Source: Haliotis rufescens
Lineage: Eukaryota
Direction: 5' to 3'
DNA length: 64,000 nucleotides
NCBI RefSeq assembly: GCF_023055435.1
Contig: NW_025963813.1
Span: forward strand, 27,714,001-27,778,000
Shown: one piece after another, positions 62,809 through 64,000 of the stretch
How the letters are laid out: each line of letters starts with the position of its first letter
Numbering within the stretch: the stretch's first letter is position 1
Translations under genes and position numbers: made by a program
Notes under the pieces: model-generated
Seen by the model: the letters and a program-made list of their open reading frames with translations, nothing else
What the model was told of the DNA's origin: nothing
The model's database searches: none

Positions 62809-63793
62809 GTGAGTACATGTAGTTATCTGCCTTGACAGTAACAAGCTCCTAACAGCGATACATTATTGCCTGGCCCCTTTACGAAGAACGGATAGGCACT
62901 GCTCTGGAAACAAACTGATGTGTGTAATTAATTTATCTCCCCCTGTCCTTGATTCATGACGAATAGTCGACCTTGAACACTAGGATCATATCTCTGCAGG
63001 ATAATACACCATTTAATATTCCGCTACCATATTCGAATGACAACGCTACAAATAGCCGTCCAATCGCCATGTTGGGTTACTCCCGTCTTTGTAGCCAGGA
63101 AGACATATTTTCCAGCTTCATTTTAAACAGTCTCTTAATTCGATGGCCCGCCCGTAAGAGGACGTGAATTTCAATGTAGATTAATGCCGAGGATTGGATA
63201 TCCAAAACGTCCGCAATAAACATCTCGTAATTGACAGCTAACATCGTTACAGATAAAAGCGAAGTTACATGCAATATGGATTGAAAGCAGCTATGTTTCA
63301 AATCTGAGCACAAGTCACTTATAGCTGTCAATATTGTTGCCTGTTCACCTCAAACTCAGTTATCCGCCCCTTTCCCCAAAAATTATGTACTATCTAGTTG
63401 GTTGTTTAACGCCGCACTGACCATTATTCCAGCTGTATGACGGCGGTCTGTAAATGATCAAGTCTGGACCAGGCAATCCAGTGATTGACATCCAATGGGT
63501 TGCTGAAGACCTATTCTACTCCGAGTCTTCACGGGTCCAACCTGTGATAAAAGTGTTATCGTCTTAACGCTACGGAACGGAGCTTTGAACTTCGTAAACT
63601 TGATATTAAGAGTCCCCAATGCAAAGAATAACCTCATGAAGGACTGTGATCTGAAATGGACATCAACTCAGACTATTGTTGGAACGAGGTAATGAATGAT
63701 GTCAGCTTCAATTATTTGCGACAATGCGTTCATATGGACCTTCTTGTTGGTTTAAAAAAAACTAACAATGTACCTAAAGATTTACTTTTTCAG

Positions 63794-63964
63794 AAAATGG
63801 CAACATCAGCAAGCGTGAATGGTGGTCCGAGAGCCACAAGCTGGGGCTGGACACGACTGACCAGGGCCAGATAGCGCGAGCCTTCATCCAGCTGGACATC
63901 AACAAGGACCTCCAGATAGACGCACCTGACCTCAAGTATCTCTTCGCCTTCTCTGACGACAACG
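63794..63964 (+). CDS. Exon 6 of NRF/EF-hand gene, copy 2 (weakened donor; exon 7 would lie beyond the window)
   Basis: 171 bp open frame (E to Q, F to S); donor gtgagg changed to gtttga by a 12-bp deletion. Confidence 0.65.
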
Positions 63965-64000
63965 GTTTGAATTGTTAAGGCTATGCATTTCTCATGTGGA

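Overview
Repeat-rich animal genomic DNA. The SINE/Tc1 repertoire and gene content suggest a marine mollusc, possibly a gastropod such as abalone (inference). The first ~25 kb is a tandem cluster of six intronless, signal-peptide-bearing iduronate-2-sulfatase-like (formylglycine, CxPSR) sulfatase loci in the order + - + + - +. Three have intact ORFs, one has a single nonsense codon, one is frameshifted and one is a fragment. They are interleaved with Tc1/mariner elements, SINEs and two polypurine tracts. The rest of the window is dominated by a ~11-12 kb segmental duplication (~26.5-37.4 kb vs ~52.2-64 kb) of a spliced gene that the ORF track shows only in part. Manual splicing of seven GT-AG exons (28448-38693) gives one open 453-aa frame: signal peptide, helical region, NRF (NRF-6 N-terminal) domain, Pro/Thr linker and a C-terminal EF-hand domain. 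The multi-pass acyltransferase-3 domain normally found after NRF is absent. In the second copy the matching exon 1 is destroyed, but a diverged intact paralogous exon 1 (50283-50901) sits upstream and is in phase with exons 2-6, suggesting reciprocal retention of alternative first exons. Minisatellites built from the exon-1 splice-donor junction occur upstream of exon 1 in both copies and in intron 1.
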